Positions 12,254 through 24,888 are shown, numbered from the stretch's first letter. The stretch is 64,000 nt of DNA from Isurus oxyrinchus (GCA_026770705.1 JANJGN010000033.1:15562001-15626000); one strand, 5' to 3'. A program made the numbers and translations. Notes: generated by a model not told the origin, from the letters alone.

Positions 12254-12557
12254 TGTGCATTTGACAATCCCGCTGACAAGCTTGGCCAATTGCATCTCCT
12301 TTACATTTGCCATGGCGTTCGATTCAGAGGGCTAATTTTGAACCAGCTCGCCTGCCATTTGAATGCGCATGACTGAGCCTCTTGCGCCAGCTTCCTGCAC
12401 CGTCATTGTTTTGGCTCTTGGCCCTGCTCTTTATCTGTCCCATTGAAAGGATGCAACAGTTTGCGTCACACAAGGAGAACCATTGGACGGTTCGCTGGGA
12501 ACTTTGTCTCCAGTGTGAATGCAGAAAAGACATGATCCTGAGAGGAGCTGCAATGTG

Positions 12558-12629
12558 GGATCTGTGGTGTAACGGTGAGCACTCTTGACTTTGAGTCCAG
12601 CGATCTGAGTTCAAATCTCAGTGGAACCA
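12558..12629 (+). pseudogene. tRNA-Gln(TTG) degenerate
   Basis: GGATCTG acceptor mismatch, anticodon stem mismatch. Confidence 0.75.
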
Positions 12630-13591
12630 AGTTCCATGTTTGCCCAGCTACTGTTAAAATTTAAGGCAGGTGTGTGGAATCTAGAAAAGCTGAATGTCTC
12701 AGCTGATGACCGTCCCTTTCCTGGCTTTTGACTCTTCATATTGTTGAGCGATAGGCGGCTCAGGCTGATGCTATATGTCTGAGGTGGAGGCAGCAGTTGC
12801 ATTGGGTGCACGGCATTTGAAATTCAGCAGGCAAGCTCAAAAGCAGGCATATATCACTTCAATTGTGTCCTTGAGGAGCACCAATTTTATCCCGTGTTTC
12901 CTGTTCAAGTCTCGTGCATCACTGCCTGGCAATGGTTATTTACGAATCATTGGGCAAGAGTCATATTAGAGAGAAGTAGGGAAGAGATGCAGCAATGTCA
13001 CGAGTGGCAGCTTTACTGCAGCTCTTTCATTTGCAGAGCAGACAAACTTAGGAGCAGAGCAAGTGCGAGAGTTGAAGCAATGTGTTGCAAAACATGAAGC
13101 CAACGTGAAATGAAGGACACGGAACATAAAGCGCTTGCAATTTTGTTCCCGATATAGATTGCAAACTTTCTTGTGGCTCAGCAAATCATTGCAATTTGCA
13201 GTGCAGCTCGACGTCTCAAACTATGTTCACTCACCATAAATCCCTCTCCGTGGGAGGCTGCCTGAGTCTTTGGCAAGCAGTTCGCAACCTAGGTCTCATG
13301 GCTCACCTTGAGATGACCTGTCAACGCAGGTCCGTTGCCTCACCAGGAACAAGTGCGCACTTTGAAAGGTAATGATTTGATGAAGCCTTTGTTAAGCTCT
13401 CCTAAAATCTCCCTATGCGACTTGTGCCAAAATGGTTTGATATCATCTAGGTGTGAAGTGTCTTGCAAACTTTTCCCTTGTCAATGGCATCAAGTGATAA
13501 TGTGTTGATGTCGCTGTTCTGGTTGCTGCCATGGTAAATGTAAGAAGTAATCTTCTTTGAGAAACACTTCAGCCGGAAACAGCAACCTCTG

Positions 13592-13663
13592 GGTTCCATG
13601 GTGTAATGGTGAGCACTCTGGACTCTGAATCCAGCCTTCGGAGTTCGAATCTCGGTGGAACCT
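13592..13663 (+). tRNA. tRNA-Gln-CTG: tRNA-Gln(CTG) variant D
   Basis: Intact A/B boxes (GTTCGAATC); altered variable loop, one G-G in T stem. Confidence 0.55.
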
Positions 13664-13968
13664 TGTACTTTTGACAATCCCGCTGACAAGCTTGGCCAAT
13701 TGCATCTCCTTTACCTTTGCCATGGCGTCCGATTCGAGAGGGCAAATTTTGAACCAGCTCGCCTGCCATTTGAATGCGCATGACTGAGCCTCTTGCACCA
13801 GCTGCCTGCACTGTCATTGTTTTGGCTCTTGGCCCTGCTCTTTATCTGTCCCATTGAAAGGATGCAACAGTTTATATCACACGAGGAGAACCATTCGATG
13901 GTTCACTGAGAACTTTGGCGCCAATGTGAATGCAGATAAGACATGCAGCTGCCGACAGCTGCAATGTA

Positions 13969-14040
13969 GGTTCCATGGTGTAATGGTGAGCATTCTGGAC
14001 TTTGAATCCAGTGATCTGAGTTCAAATTTCAATGGAACCA
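13969..14040 (+). pseudogene. tRNA-Gln(TTG) degenerate
   Basis: C61T and T-stem mismatch (TTCAA). Confidence 0.7.
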
Positions 14041-15004
14041 AGTTTCCTGTTTGCCCAGCTGCTGTTAAAATTTGAGACAGGTAAGTAAAATCCTGAAGAG
14101 CTCAAGGCCTCTGCTGATGGCAGGCCCTTTTCTGGCTTTCAACTTTTCCTATTCTTGAGCGATAGGCGGCTCAGGCTGATGCTATATTCCTGAGCAGGAG
14201 GCAGCAGTTGCATTGGGTGGACGGCATTTGAAATTCAGGCAAGCTCAAAAGCATTCAAGGGCAGGCAGATAACACTTCAACTGCGTCCTTGAAGAGTACC
14301 AATTTTATCCCGTCTTTCCGGGTCAAGTCTCATGCATCACTGCCTAGCAATGCTCATTCACGGATCATTTGGCAAGAGTGTCATATTAGCGAGAAGTAGG
14401 GAAGGGAAGCAGCAATGTCACGAGTGACAGCTTTACTGCAGCTCTTTCATTTGCAGAGCAGACAAACTTAGGAGCAGAGCAAGTGCGAGAGCTGAAGCAA
14501 TATGTTGCAAGACATGAAGCCAATGTGGAATGGTGGGCATGAAATTTTCAAGCGCTTGCAATTTTGCTAGCGAGTTAGATTCACAAATTTTCTTGTGGCT
14601 CAGCGAAACATCGCAATTTGCAGTGCAGCTCGATGTCTCAAACTATGTTCACTCACCATAAATCCCTCTCCGTGGGAGGCTGCCTGAGGCTTTGGCAAGA
14701 AGTTCGCAACGTAGGTCTCATGGCTCACCTTGAGATGACCTGCCAACGCAGGTCCGTTGCCTCACCAGGAACAAGTGAGCACTTTCAAAGGTAATGATTT
14801 GATGAAGCCTTTGATGAGCTCTCCTAAAATCTCCCTATGCGACTTGTGCCAAAATGGTTTGATATCATCTAGGTGTGAAGTGTCTTGCAAACTTTTCCAT
14901 TGTCAATGGCATCAAGTGATAATGTGTCGTTGTCGCTGTTCCGGTTGCTGCCATGTTAAATGTAAGAAGTAATCTTCTTTGAGAAACCACCCCATTGTTG
15001 TCTG

Positions 15005-15076
15005 GGTTCCATGGTGTAATGGTGAGCACTCTGGACTCTGAATCCAGCGATCCGAGTTCAAATCTCGGTGGGACCT
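15005..15076 (+). tRNA. tRNA-Gln-CTG: tRNA-Gln(CTG), intact
   Basis: Canonical vertebrate Gln-CTG body, T4 downstream. Confidence 0.95.
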
Positions 15077-15380
15077 TGTTCTTTTGACAATCCCACTGAC
15101 AGGCTCGGCAAATTGCGCCTCCTTTAGATTTGCCATGGCGTACGATTCAGAGGGCTAATTTTGAACCAGCTCGCCTGCCATTTGAATGCGCATGACTGAG
15201 CCTCTCGTGCCAGCTTCCTGCACTATCATTGTTTTGGCTTTTGGTCCTGCTCTTTATCTGTCCCATTGAAAGGATGCAACAGTTTGCATCACACAAGGAG
15301 AACCATTCAACGGGTCCCTGGGAACTTTGGCGCCAATGTGAATGCCGAAAAGACATGTGCCTGAGTACTGGGGCAGTGTA

Positions 15381-15452
15381 GGTTCTGTGGTGTAACGGTG
15401 AGCACTCTGGACTTTGAATCCAGTGATCCGAGTTCAAATCTCGGTGGAACCA
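15381..15452 (+). tRNA. tRNA-Gln-TTG: tRNA-Gln(TTG), structurally intact
   Basis: All stems pair (two G-T in acceptor), A/B boxes intact. Confidence 0.85.
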
Positions 15453-15721
15453 AGTTTCTTGTTTGCCCAGCTGCTGTTAACATTTGAGGCAGGTGAGTGG
15501 AAGCCTGAAGAGTTTAAGGTCACTGCTGATGACAGGCACTTTTCTGGTTTTCAACTCTTCATATTCCATAGCGATAGGCGGCTCAGACTGATGCTATATT
15601 CCTGAGGTGCAGGCAGAGTTTCAATGGCTGCACGGCATTTGAAATTCAGCAGGCAAGCTCGAAAGCATTAAAGGGCAGGCAGATATCACTTCAATTGCGT
15701 CCTTGAGGAGCGCCAAATTTG

Positions 15722-15855
15722 TGTTCTGTCGAAGGGTCATGAGGACTCGAAACATCAACTCTTTTCTTCTCCGCCGATGCTGCCAGATCGGTTGAGTTTA
15801 TCCAGGTAAATGTGTTTTTGTTTTGGATTTCCAGCCACTGCAGTTTTTTGTTATT
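15722..15855 (+). mobile_element. 134-bp Penelope-like short element
   Basis: Same insertion and site. Confidence 0.75.
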
Positions 15856-16561
15856 ACCAATTTTAACCCAACTTTCCTGGTCAAGTCTCATGCATCACTG
15901 CCTAGCAATGCTCATTCACGGATCATTTGGCAAGAGTGTCATATTAGCGAGGAGTAGGGAAGAGAAGCAGCAATGTCACGAGTGGCAGCTTGAACGCAGC
16001 TCTTTCATTTGCAGAGCAGTCAAACTTAGGAGCAGAGCAAGTGCGAGAGCTGAAGCAATGTGTTGCAAAACATGAAGCCAAAGTGGAATGGCGGACATGA
16101 AATTTTCAAGCGCTTGCAATTTTGCTAGTGAGTTAGATTCACAAATTTTCTTGTGGCTCAGCGAAACATCGCAATTTGCAGTGCAGCTCGATGTCTCAAA
16201 TTATGTTCACTCGCCATAAATCCCTCTCCGTGGGAGGCTGCCTGAGGCTTTGGCAAGCAGTTCGCAACCTAGGTCTCATGGCTCAGCTTGAGATGACCTG
16301 TCAACGCAGGTCCGTTGCCTCACCAGGAACAAGTGCGCACTTTCAAAGGTAATGATTTGATGAAGTCTTTGACGAGCTCTCCTAAAATCTCCCTATGCGA
16401 CTTGTGCCAAAATGGTTTGATATAATCTAGGTGTGAAGTGTCTTGCAAACGTTTCCCTTGTCAATGGCATCAAGTAACGAAGTTTCGTAGTCGCTGTTCC
16501 AGTTGCTGCCATGTTAAATGTAAGAATACATCTTCATGAGAAAGCACCCTGTTGTTGTCTA

Positions 16562-16633
16562 GGTTCCATGGTGTAATGGTGAGCACTCTGGACTCTGAAT
16601 CCAGTGATCCGAGTTCAAATCTCGGTGGGACCT
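16562..16633 (+). tRNA. tRNA-Gln-CTG: tRNA-Gln(CTG), intact
   Basis: Canonical except C>T in variable loop; T4 downstream. Confidence 0.92.
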
Positions 16634-16937
16634 TGTGCTTTTGACAATCCCACTGAGAGGCTCGGCAAATTGCGTCTCCTTTACATTTGCCATGGCGTAC
16701 GATTCAGAGGGCTAATTTTGAACCAGCTCGCCTGCCATTTGAATGCGCATGACTGTGCGTCTTGCGCCAGCTTCCTGCACCATCATTGTTTTGGCTCTTG
16801 GGCCTGCTCTTTATCTGTCCCATTGAAAGGATGCAACAGTGTGCGTCACACAAGGAGAACCATTGGACGGTTCGCTGGGAACTTTGTCGCCAATGTGAAT
16901 GCAGAAAAGACATGATCCTGAGAGGCGCTGCAATGTG

Positions 16938-17009
16938 GGATCCGTGGTGTAATGGTGAGTGCTCTAGACTTTGAATCCAGTGATCTGAGTTCAAATCTCT
17001 GTGGAACCA
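16938..17009 (+). pseudogene. tRNA-Gln(TTG) degenerate
   Basis: Mismatches in acceptor, D, anticodon and T stems. Confidence 0.8.
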
Positions 17010-17961
17010 AGTTCCATGTTTGCCCAGCTACTGTTAAAATTTAAGGCATGTGTGTGGAAGCTAGAAAAGCTGAATGTCTCAGCTGATGACAGTCCCTTTC
17101 CTGGCTTTTGACTCTTCATATTCTTGAGCGATAGGCGGCTCAGGCTGATGCTATATGTCTGAGGTGGAGGCAGCAGTTGCATTGGGTGCACGGCATTTGA
17201 AATTCAGCAGGCAAGCTCAAAAGCAGGCATATATCACTTCAATTGCGTCCTTGATGAGCACCAATTTTATCCCGTGATTCCTGTTCAAGTCTCGTGCATC
17301 ACTGCCTGGCAATGCTTATTTACGAATCATTGGGCAAGAGTCATATTAGAGAGAAGTAGGGAAGAGACGCAGCAATGTCACGAGTGACAGCTTTACTGCA
17401 GCTCTTTCATTTGCAGAGCAGACAAACTTAGGAGCAGAGCAAGTGCGAGAGCTGAAGCAATGTGTTGCAAAACATGAAGCCAACGTGAAATGAAGGACAT
17501 GGAATATAAAGCGCTTGCAATTTTGCTCCCGATATAGTTTGCAAACTTTCTTGTGGCTCAGCAAAGCATCGCAATTTGCAGTGCAGCTCGACGTCTCAAA
17601 CTATGTTCACTCGCCATAAATCCTCCTCCGTGGGAGGCTGCCTGAGGCTTTGGCAAGCAGTTCGCAACCTAGGTCTCATGGCTCACCTTGAGATGACCTG
17701 TCAACGCAGGTCCGTTGCCTCACCAGGAACAAGTGCGCACTTTCAAAGGTAATGATTTGATGAAGTCTTTGATGAGCTCTCCTAAAATCTCCCTATGCGA
17801 CTTGTGCCAAAATGGTTTGATATAATCTAGGTGTGAAGTGTCTTGCAAACGTTTCCCTTGTCAATGGCATCAAGTAACGAAGTTTCGTAGTCGCTGTTCC
17901 AGTTGCTGCCATGTTAAATGTAAGAATACATCTTCATGAGAAAGCACCCTGTTGTTGTCTA

Positions 17962-18033
17962 GGTTCCATGGTGTAATGGTGAGCATTCTGGACTCTAAAT
18001 CCAGCGATCTGAGTTCAAATCTCGGTGGGGCCT
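17962..18033 (+). tRNA. tRNA-Gln body with CTA anticodon (candidate amber suppressor)
   Basis: CTGGA-CTCTAAA-TCCAG, anticodon at 17995-17997; other changes give G-T pairs; A/B boxes and T4 present. Confidence 0.75.
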
Positions 18034-18337
18034 TGTGCTTTTGACAATCCCACTGAGAGGCTCGGCAAATTGCGTCTCCTTTACATTTGCCATGGCGTAC
18101 GATTCAGAGGGCTAATTTTGAACCAGCTCGCCTGCCATTTGAATGCGCATGACTGAGCCTCTTGCGCCAGCTTCCTGCACCATCATTGTTTTGGCTCTTG
18201 GCCCTGCTCTTTATCTGTCCCATTGAAAGGATGCAACAGTGTGCGTCACACAAGGAGAACCATTGGACGGTTCGCTGGGAACTTTGTCGCCAATGTGAAT
18301 GCAGAAAAGACATGATCCTGAGAGGCGCTGCAATGTG

Positions 18338-18409
18338 GGATCCGTGGTGTAGCGGTGAGTGCTCTAGACTTTGAATCCAGTGATCTGAGTTCAAATCTCT
18401 GTGGAACCA
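18338..18409 (+). pseudogene. tRNA-Gln(TTG) degenerate
   Basis: Same damaged variant as 16938. Confidence 0.8.
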
Positions 18410-19364
18410 AGTTCCATGTTTGCCCAGCTACTGTTAAAATTTAAGGCAAGTGTGTGGAAGCTAGAAAAGCTGAATGTCTCAGCTGATGACAGTCCCTTTC
18501 CTGGCTTTTGACTCTTCATATTCTTGAGCGATAGGCGGCTCAGGCTGATGCTATATGTCTGAGGTGGAGGCAGCAGTTGCATTGGGTGCACGGCATTTGA
18601 AATTCAGCAGGCAAGCTCAAAAGCAGGCATATATCACTTCAATTGCGTCCTTGAGGAGCACCAATTTTATCCCGTGTTTCCTGTTCAAGTCTCGTGCATC
18701 ACTGCCTGGCAATGCTTATTTACGAATCATTGGGCAAGAGTGTCATATTAGAGAGAAGTAGGGAAGAGACGCAGCAATGTCACGAGTGGCAGCTTTACTG
18801 CAGCTCTTTCATTTGCAGAGCAGACAAACTTAGGAGCAGAGCAAGTGCGAGAGCTGAAGCAATGTGTTGCAAAACATGAAGCCAACGTGAAATGAAGGAC
18901 ATGGAATATAAAGCGCTTGCAATTTTGCTCCCGATATAGTTTGCAAACTTTCTTGTGGCTCAGCAAAACATCGCAATTTGCAGTGCAGCTCGACGTCTCA
19001 AACTATGTTCACTCGCCATAAATCCTCCTCCGTGGGAGGCTGCCTGAGTCTTTGGCAAGCAGTTCGCAACCTAGGTCTCATGGCTCACCTTGAGATGACC
19101 TGCCAACGCAGGTCCGTTGCCTCACCAGGAACAAGTGCGCACTTTCAAAGGTAATGATTTGATGAAGCCTTTGATGAGCTCTCCTAAAATCTCCCTATGC
19201 GACTTGTGCCAAAATGCTTTGATATCATCTAGGTGTGATGTGTCTTGCAAACTTTTCCCTTGTCAATGGCATCAAGTAACAATGTGTCGTTGTCGCTGTT
19301 CCGGTTGCTGCCATGTTAAATGTAAGAAGTAATCTTCTTTGAGAAACAATTCAGCAGACATCTA

Positions 19365-19436
19365 GGTTCCATGGTGTAATGGTGAGCACTCTGGACTCTG
19401 AATCTTGCAATCCGAGTCCAAATCTCAGTTGAAGCT
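19365..19436 (+). pseudogene. tRNA-Gln(CTG) degenerate (variant P)
   Basis: TCTTG, GTCC, TTGAAGC. Confidence 0.8.
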
Positions 19437-19741
19437 TGCGCTTTTGACAATCCAGCTGAGAGGCTCGGCAAATTGCCTCTCGTTTACAATTTCCGTGGCG
19501 TACGATTTGAGAGGGCAAATATTGAACCAGCTTGCCTGCCATTTGAATGCGCATGACTGAGCCTCTTGCGCCAGCTTCCTGCACTATCATTGTTTTGGCT
19601 TTTGGTCCTGCTCTTTATCTGTCCCATTGAAAGGATGCAACAGTTTGCATCACACAAGGAGAACCATTCAACGGGTCCCAGGGAACTTTGGCGCCAATGT
19701 GAATGCGGAAAAGACATGTGCCTGAGTGCTGTTGCAGTGTA

Positions 19742-19813
19742 GGTTCTGTGGTGTAACGGTGAGCACTCTGGACTTTGAATCCAGTGATCCGAGTTCAAAT
19801 CTTGGCGGAGCCA
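19742..19813 (+). tRNA. tRNA-Gln-TTG: tRNA-Gln(TTG), structurally intact
   Basis: Stems pair with G-T wobbles; boxes intact. Confidence 0.75.
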
Positions 19814-20082
19814 AGTTTCTTGTTTGCCCAGCTGCTGTTAACATTTGAGGCAGGTGAGTGGAAGCCTGAAGAGTTTAAGGTCACTGCTGATGACAGGCAC
19901 TTTTCTGGTTTTCAACTCTTCATATTCCATAGCGATAGGCAGCTCAGGCTGATGCTATATTCCTGAGGTGCAGGCAGAGTTTCAATGGCTGCACGGCATT
20001 TGAAATTCAGCAGGCAAGCTCGAAAGCATTAAAGGGCAGGCAGATATCACTTCAATTGCGTCCTTGAGTAGCGCCAAATTTG

Positions 20083-20216
20083 TGTTCTGTCGAAGGGTCA
20101 TGAGGACTCGAAACATCAACTCTTTTCTTCTCCGCCGATGCTGCCAGATCGGTTGAGTTTATCCAGGTAAATGTGTTTTTGTTTTGGATTTCCAGCCACT
20201 GCAGTTTTTTGTTATC
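20083..20216 (+). mobile_element. 134-bp Penelope-like short element
   Basis: Same insertion and site. Confidence 0.75.
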
Positions 20217-20922
20217 ACCAATTTTAACCCAACTTTCCTGGTCAAGTCTCGTACATCACTGCCTAGCAATGCTCATTCACGGATCATTTGGCAAGAGTGT
20301 CATATTAGCGAGGAGTAGGGAAGAGAAGCAGCAATGTCACGAGTGGCAGCTTGAACGCAGCTCTTTCATTTGCAGAGCAGACAAACTTAGGAGCAGAGCA
20401 AGTGCGAGAGCTGAAGCAATGTGTTGCAAAACATGAAGCCAAAGTGGAATGGTGGACATGAAATTATCAAGCGCTTGCAATTTTGCTAGCGAGTTAGATT
20501 CACAAATTTTCTTGTGGCTCAGCGAAACATCGCAATTTGCAGTGCAGCTCGATGTCTCAAATTATGTTCACTCGCTATAAATCACTCCCCCTTGGAGGCT
20601 GCCTGAGGCTTTGGCAAGCAGTTCGCAACCTAGGTCTCATGGCTCAGCTTGAGATGACCTGTCAACGCAGGTCCGTTGCCTCACCAGGAACAAGTGCGCA
20701 CTTTCAAATGTAATGATTTGATGAAGTCTTTGACGAGCTCTCCTAAAATCTCCCTATGCGACTTGTGCCAAAATGGTTTGATATAATCTAGGTGTGAAGT
20801 GTCTTGCAAACGTTTCCCTTGTCAATGGCATCAAGTAACGAAGTTTCGTAGTCGCTGTTCCAGTTGCTGCCATGTTAAATGTAAGAATACATCCTCATGA
20901 GAAAGCACCCTGTTGTTGTCTA

Positions 20923-20994
20923 GGTTCCATGGTGTAATGGTGAGCACTCTGGACTCTGAATCTAGCGATCCGAGTTCAAATCTCGGTGGGACCT
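20923..20994 (+). tRNA. tRNA-Gln-CTG: tRNA-Gln(CTG), near intact
   Basis: One G-T in anticodon stem; T5 downstream. Confidence 0.85.
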
Positions 20995-21298
20995 TGAGCT
21001 TTTGAAAATCCCACTGAGAGGCTCGGCAAATTGCGTCTCCTTTGCATTTGCCATGTCGTACGATTCAGAGGGCTAATTTTGAACCAGCTCGCCTGCCATT
21101 TGAATGTGCATGACTGAGCGTCTTGCGCCAGCTTCCTGCACCGTCATTGTTTTGGCTCTTGGCCCTGCTCTTTATCTGTCCCATTGAAAGGATGCAACAG
21201 TTTGCGTCACACAAGGAGAACCATTGGACGGTTCGCTGGGAACTTTGGCGCCAATGTGAATGCAGAAAAGACATGATCCTGAGAGGAGCTGCAATGTG

Positions 21299-21369
21299 GG
21301 TTCCGTGGTGTAACGGTGAGCACTGTCGACTTTGAATCCAGCGATTGATTTCAAATCTCCGTGGAACCA
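21299..21369 (+). pseudogene. tRNA-Gln(TTG) pseudogene
   Basis: Broken anticodon stem, 1-nt deletion, B box lost. Confidence 0.85.
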
Positions 21370-21639
21370 AGTTCCATGTTTGCCCGGCTATTGTTAAAAT
21401 TTAAGGCAGGTGCATGGAAGCTTGAAGAGCTGAATGTCTCAGCTGATGACAGTCCCTTTCCTAGCTTTTGACTCTTCATATTCTTGAGCGATAGGCGGCT
21501 CAGGCTGATGCTATATGTCTGAGGTGGAGGCAGCAGTTGCATTGGGTGCACGGCATTTGAAATTCAGCAGGCAAGCTCGAAAGCATTAAAGGGCAGGCAG
21601 ATATCACTTCAATTGCGTCCTTGAAGAGCGCCAAATTTT

Positions 21640-21773
21640 TGTTCTGTGGAATGGTCATGAAGACTCGAAACGTCAACTCCTTTCTTCTCCGCTGATGCTG
21701 CCAGATCGGTTGAGTTTATCCAGGTAAATGTGTTTTTGTTTTGGATTTCCAGCCACTGCAGTTTTTCGTTATT
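21640..21773 (+). mobile_element. 134-bp Penelope-like short element
   Basis: Same insertion and site. Confidence 0.75.
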
Positions 21774-22480
21774 ACCAATTTTAACCCAACTTTCCTGGTC
21801 AAGTCTAGTGCATCACTGCCTAGCAATGCTCATTCACGGATCATTTGGCAAGAGTGTCATATTAGCGAGGAGTAGGGAAGAGAAGCAGCAATGTCACGAG
21901 GGACAGCTTGACCACAGATCTTTCATTTGCAGAGCAGACAAACTTAGGAGCAGAGCAAGTGCGAGATGTGAAGCAATGTGTTGCAAAACATGAGGCCAAA
22001 TTGGAATGGTGGACATGAAATTGTCAAGCGCTTGCAATTTTGCTAGCGAGTTTGATTTACAAACTTTCTTGTGGCTCAGCGAAACATCGCAATTTGCAGT
22101 GCAGCTCGATGTCTCAAACTATGTTCACTCACCATAAATCCCTCTCCATGGGAGGCTGCCTGAGGCTTTGGCAAGCAGGTCGCAACCTAGGTCTCATGGC
22201 TCAGCTTGAGTTGACCTGCCAACCCAGACCCGTTGCCTCACCAGGAACAAGTGCGCACTTTCAAAGGTAATGATTTGATGAAGCCTTTGGTGAGTTCTCC
22301 TAAAATCACCCTATGCGGCTTTGGACAAAATGGTTTGATATAATCTAGGTGTGAAGTGTCTTGCAAACGTTTCCCTTGTCAACTGCATCAAGTAATGAAG
22401 TTTCGTTGTCGTTGTTCCAGTTGCTGCCATGTTAAATGTAAGAATACATCTTCTTTGAGAAACCACCCTGTCGTTGTCTG

Positions 22481-22552
22481 GGTTCCATGGTGTAATGGTG
22501 AGCACTCTGGCCTCTGAATCCAGCGATCCAAGTTCAAATTTCAGTGGGACCT
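22481..22552 (+). pseudogene. tRNA-Gln(CTG) degenerate
   Basis: A31C, T stem CCAAG/TTCAG broken. Confidence 0.75.
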
Positions 22553-22856
22553 TGTTCTTTTGACAATCCCACTGACAGGCTCGGCAAATTGCGTCTCCTT
22601 TACATTTGCCATGGCGTACGATTCAGAGGGCTAATTTTGAACCAGCTCGCCTGCCATTTGAATGCGCATGACTGAGCCTCTTGCGCCAGCTGCCTGCACC
22701 ATCATTGTTTTGGCTTTTGGTCCTGCTCTTTATCTGTCCCATTGAAAGGATGCAACAGTTTGCATCACACAAGGAGAACCATTCAACGGGTCCCAGGGAA
22801 CTTTGGCGCCAATGTGAATGCCGAAAAGACATCTGCCTGAATACTGGAGCAGTGTA

Positions 22857-22928
22857 GGTTCTGTGGTGTAACGGTGAGCACTCTGGACTTTGAATCCAGT
22901 GATCCGAGTTCAAATCTCGGCGGAGCCA
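22857..22928 (+). tRNA. tRNA-Gln-TTG: tRNA-Gln(TTG), structurally intact
   Basis: All stems pair; boxes intact. Confidence 0.82.
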
Positions 22929-23197
22929 AGTTTCTTGTTTGCCCAGCTGCTGTTAACATTTGAGGCAGGTGAGTGGAATCCTGAAGAGTTTAAGGTCACT
23001 GCTGATGACAGGCACTTTTCTGGTTTTCAACTCTTCATATTCCATAGCGATAGGCGGCTCAGGCTGATGCTATGTTCCTGAGGTGCAGGCAGAGTTTCAA
23101 TGGCTGCACGGCATTTGAAATTCAGCAGGCAAGCTCGAAAGCATTAAAGGGCAGGCAGATATCACTTCAATTGCGTCCTTGAAGAGCGCCAAATTTT

Positions 23198-23331
23198 TGT
23201 TCTGTGGAATGGTCATGAGGACTCGAAACGTCAACTCCTTTCTTCTCCGCTGATGCTGCCAGATCGGTTGAGTTTATCCAGGTAAATGTGTTTTTGTTTT
23301 GGATTTCCAGCCACTGCAGTTTTTCGTTATT
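23198..23331 (+). mobile_element. 134-bp Penelope-like short element
   Basis: Same insertion and site. Confidence 0.75.
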
Positions 23332-24037
23332 ACCAATTTTAACCCAACTTTCCTGGGCAAGTCTCGTGCATCACTGCCTAGCAATGCTCATTCACGGATC
23401 ATTTGGCAAGTGTGTCATATTAGCGAGGAGCAGGGAAGGGAAGCAGCAATGTCACGAGTGGCAGCTTGAACGCAGCTCTTTCATTTGCAGAGCAGACAAA
23501 CTTAGGAGCAGAGCAAGTGCGAGAGCTGAAGCAATGTGTTGCAAAACATGAAGCCAAAGTGGAATGGTGGACATGAAATTATCAAGCGCTTGCAATTTTG
23601 CTAGCGAGTTAGATTCACAAATTTTCTTGTGGCTCAGCGAAACATCGCAATTTGCAGTGCAGCTCGATGTCTCAAACTATGTTCACTCACCATAAATCCC
23701 TCTCCATGGGAGGCTGCCTGAGGCTTTGGCAAGCAGTTCGCAACCTAGGTCTCATGGCTCAGCTTGAGATGACCTGTCAACGCAGGTCCGTTGCCTCACC
23801 AGGAACAAGTGCGCACTTTCAAATGTAATGATTTGATGAAGTCTTTGACGAGCTCTCCTAAAATCTCCCTATGCGACTTGTGCCAAAATGGTTTGATATA
23901 ATCTAGGTGTGAAGTGTCTTGCAAACGTTTCCCTTGTCAATGGCATCAAGTAACGAAGTTTCGTAGTCGCTGTTCCAGTTGCTGCCATGTTAAATGTAAG
24001 AATACATCCTCATGAGAAAGCACCCTGTTGTTGTCTA

Positions 24038-24109
24038 GGTTCCATGGTGTAATGGTGAGCACTCTGGACTCTGAATCCAGCGATCCGAGTTCAAATCTCG
24101 GTGGGACCT
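24038..24109 (+). tRNA. tRNA-Gln-CTG: tRNA-Gln(CTG), intact
   Basis: Canonical body, T4 downstream. Confidence 0.95.
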
Positions 24110-24413
24110 TGTGCTTTTGACAATCCCACTGAGAGGCTCGGCAAATTGCGTCTCCTTTGCATTTGCCATGTCGTACGATTCAGAGGGCTAATTTTGAACC
24201 AGCTCGCCTGCCATTTGAATGTGCATGACTGAGCGTCTTGCGCCAGCTTCCTGCACCGTCATTGTTTTGGCTCTTGGCCCTGCTCTTTATCTGTCCCATT
24301 GAAAGGATGCAACAGTTTGCGTCACACAAGGAGAACCATTGGACGGTTCGCTGGGAACTTTGGCGCCAATGTGAATGCAGAAAAGACATGATCCTGAGAG
24401 GAGCTGCAATGTG

Positions 24414-24484
24414 GGTTCCGTGGTGTAACGGTGAGCACTGTCGACTTTGAATCCAGCGATTGATTTCAAATCTCCGTGGAACCA
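24414..24484 (+). pseudogene. tRNA-Gln(TTG) pseudogene
   Basis: Same as 21299. Confidence 0.85.
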
Positions 24485-24754
24485 AGTTCCATGTTTGCCC
24501 GGCTATTGTTAAAATTTAAGGCAGGTGCATGGAAGCTTGAAGAGCTGAATGTCTCAGCTGATGACAGTCCCTTTCCTAGCTTTTGACTCTTCATATTCTT
24601 GAGCGATAGGCGGCTCAGGCTGATGCTATATGTCTGAGGTGGAGGCAGCAGTTGCATTGGGTGCACGGCATTTGAAATTCAGCAGGCAAGCTCGAAAGCA
24701 TTAAAGGGCAGGCAGATATCACTTCAATTGCGTCCTTGAAGAGCGCCAAATTTT

Positions 24755-24888
24755 TGTTCTGTGGAATGGTCATGAAGACTCGAAACGTCAACTCTTTTCT
24801 TCTCCGCTGATGCTGCCAGATCGGTTGAGTTTATCCAGGTAAATGTGTTTTTGTTTTGGATTTCCAGCCACTGCAGTTTTTCGTTATT
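24755..24888 (+). mobile_element. 134-bp Penelope-like short element
   Basis: Same insertion and site. Confidence 0.75.

Noticed and set aside
22857-22928. Alanine identity element in acceptor stems with a 3-70 wobble
   Set aside because: The pair is U3-G70, not the G3-U70 AlaRS determinant
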